DNA of 64,000 nucleotides. Origin: Oculina patagonica. Its lineage: Eukaryota. The stretch covers positions 17,112,001 to 17,176,000 of the forward strand of contig NC_135770.1 in NCBI RefSeq assembly GCF_052425735.1, given 5' to 3'. A program made the position numbers and the translations under genes. Below, piece after piece: positions 62,149-64,000 of this stretch. A model generated the notes under the pieces. The model was not told the origin of the DNA. It saw nothing but the letters and a program-made list of their open reading frames with translations, and did no database searches. Positions within the stretch are counted from its first letter, which is position 1, and each line of letters starts with the position of its first letter.

Positions 62149-63690
62149 AAGTGGGCGTCCGTGTAAGAACCGACCACTCGATTTTCGGCCCAGAACAGAA
62201 TTCCTTCAAATTTTCTGTGCAAGACAATTGATCCATATGATAAACAAAAATAGCAATATTTTGGCTTGTAGTGTTATTTGTCAATATTTTTGGCGATGAT
62301 TGCTGAGAACGGTCAAAAACCGAAAAAATCATCCTGTTTCGAGTCAAATTTAGGCGTCGCGCTCAACGCGCTGAAAAATTACTCTTTAACTCAAATAAAA
62401 TGAAACTTGTATATCATTTTATTTTATGTCTTGTCTATTAGTTCATGTTAAAATATTTGAAATCGGACTTAACAAAAATTAATTATGATTTTTTTTAAAC
62501 ACCCCATAAAGAGCCATCGCAAAAATCACGCAAACATACTGTTGGTTAGAGAAGTTTTTCTCAAAAGTTTAACGCGATCTAGAGCCCTGGACACTATCCA
62601 CGATTAGTACTAGGGTTGGTGTATTAGAAACAAGAAAAAAAGTTTTGGGCACTAAGCTTTTTGAATTTTAGGAGTTTTATCAACAAGGCCTATTTTTAAC
62701 GGTCGTAACGCGCGTCACGCAATTTCTTACTATTGTGTTTCCTATCTTTCCCACATAAAACAGTTGTCCGAGGGAGCAAATATTTTCGAAACTAGCTTTC
62801 TGCTCGGAATAAGGCATGGACAATCCTACATTTATCAAATATCGCCCCAAAAATAAGAATTAAGAAGGTTTTAAAAATCATAGCGGCTCCGGTGTGAGTC
62901 TTTAGTTTCACCGGAAAGCTTCGAAAAAGACGTTTCCGTGATTTGGATATCATAAGGAATGAACTATGAAAAACCCCTTCGCGCATTTTGACAACGAGAT
63001 TTTTAACAACGAGAAGTTTTATTCATAGTATAAAGTGCCTTAAAAAATTATGTACGGCGAATTTACATCGACTTATACTACGGCAAAAATCTTTGCAGGG
63101 AATGTAGATTTCAATCGGCTAACACGCTGGAATGTAAATGTTATTTTTAGGATGTCAAGTACATTAATATTTTGCCCTCCCTTTATACTTCATTTCTTAA
63201 ATTGTTACGTTGGCAAAGCAAAACGACTTCTATAATTGGTTTCGACTTTTGAAAATAGCCCATATGCCGTCATCAAATAATTCTCAGTCTTCGCTGAATT
63301 CAATTTATGCAAATTTGTAGAAGGTTTACACGTCGCGGCGTATCAAAACAAAGTTGATGTCAACTCTGGTAAAATTGACCCCCCAAAACAGAAAAAAAGA
63401 ATTGAGTGTCTAGTTTCTTTCTCTCTGCTTCCACTTTTATTAAAAGATACTGTAAGGCTTACATCGATGGCGAATCGAAAAAGAAGAGAAGTAAGGGACC
63501 TGTCAATGCAATCGAAACATTACTCAAGCGTTGTTGTAACAACTGGCGAAGCTGAAATCTATAACAGTCAACTGTGCAGCGATTTCTACCCAGCCGATTT
63601 CGTTGAAACTTGCTGAAATGAATTTTTGGATAATTTTAACTTATTGACAGTAATAAAAAAGCTATCTTTGCGTTTAGAAAAATAGTATTA

Positions 63691-64000
63691 CAGTCGAAGC
63701 TCTCATAAGCGGACACCCTCGGGACGCGAAAAAAGTGTCCGCAACTGGAGCTGGCCGCTTACGAGAATGGTTCTTGTAAGCGGCCACTAGAGGTGTAAGG
63801 GGATAGATGGTTGCTTACGGGAGCTTGTGTTTCAAAATGTAACCGGACGTGAATGACGACAAAACAAACACTGAAATATGGTTCTGTAATTACAGTAAAA
63901 TCATTGTGACGAACGGCGATGTGAAGTTGATTGATTAATACAAGATACAGAGGTTTTTTATATGATTCTCTTTGCGGTGTCCGCGTAATCTCGGAAAGTG
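63691..64000. mobile_element. Tc1/mariner-type MITE, left end
   Basis: TA|CAGTCGAAGCTCTCATAAGCGGACACC with repeated GTGTCCGC/CCGCTTACG motifs; right end not seen. Confidence 0.55.

Noticed and set aside
61610-62347. Long ORFs of 199-245 aa
   Set aside because: Artefacts of translating through the 500-N gap

Overview
Eukaryotic, AT-rich, intron-containing animal DNA. The gene families and repeats point to a cnidarian, probably a stony coral (inference). Left half: a ~415-bp tandem repeat at the window start, then a complete 17-coding-exon WDR81 gene (BEACH + WD40, minus strand, 5085-23632, about 2130 aa reconstructed by hand) and a 2-exon OPA3 gene (minus, 26321-27812). Middle: an intronless 541-aa multi-pass membrane protein of unknown family, with a decayed duplicate of its 5' end upstream. 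It is followed by a Penelope-like GIY-YIG/hammerhead remnant that is split by a Harbinger derivative. Right half: an interleaved cluster of two families of intronless rhodopsin-class GPCRs (5 intact, 2 frameshifted, 1 fragment), built partly by a ~10.5-kb tandem duplication, plus a BTB-BACK-PHR pseudogene. The most unusual signals are mobile-element architectures: (1) a 259-bp tRNA-Thr(GGT)-cored monomer inserted as a head-to-head palindrome whose inversion point is the tRNA 3' end; (2) four unrelated-looking MITEs sharing GAG..CTC ends and 6-bp target duplications; (3) retro-insertions with very long 38-45 bp target duplications; (4) a 69-bp minimal 9-bp-TSD element. A 500-N assembly gap lies at 61649-62148.
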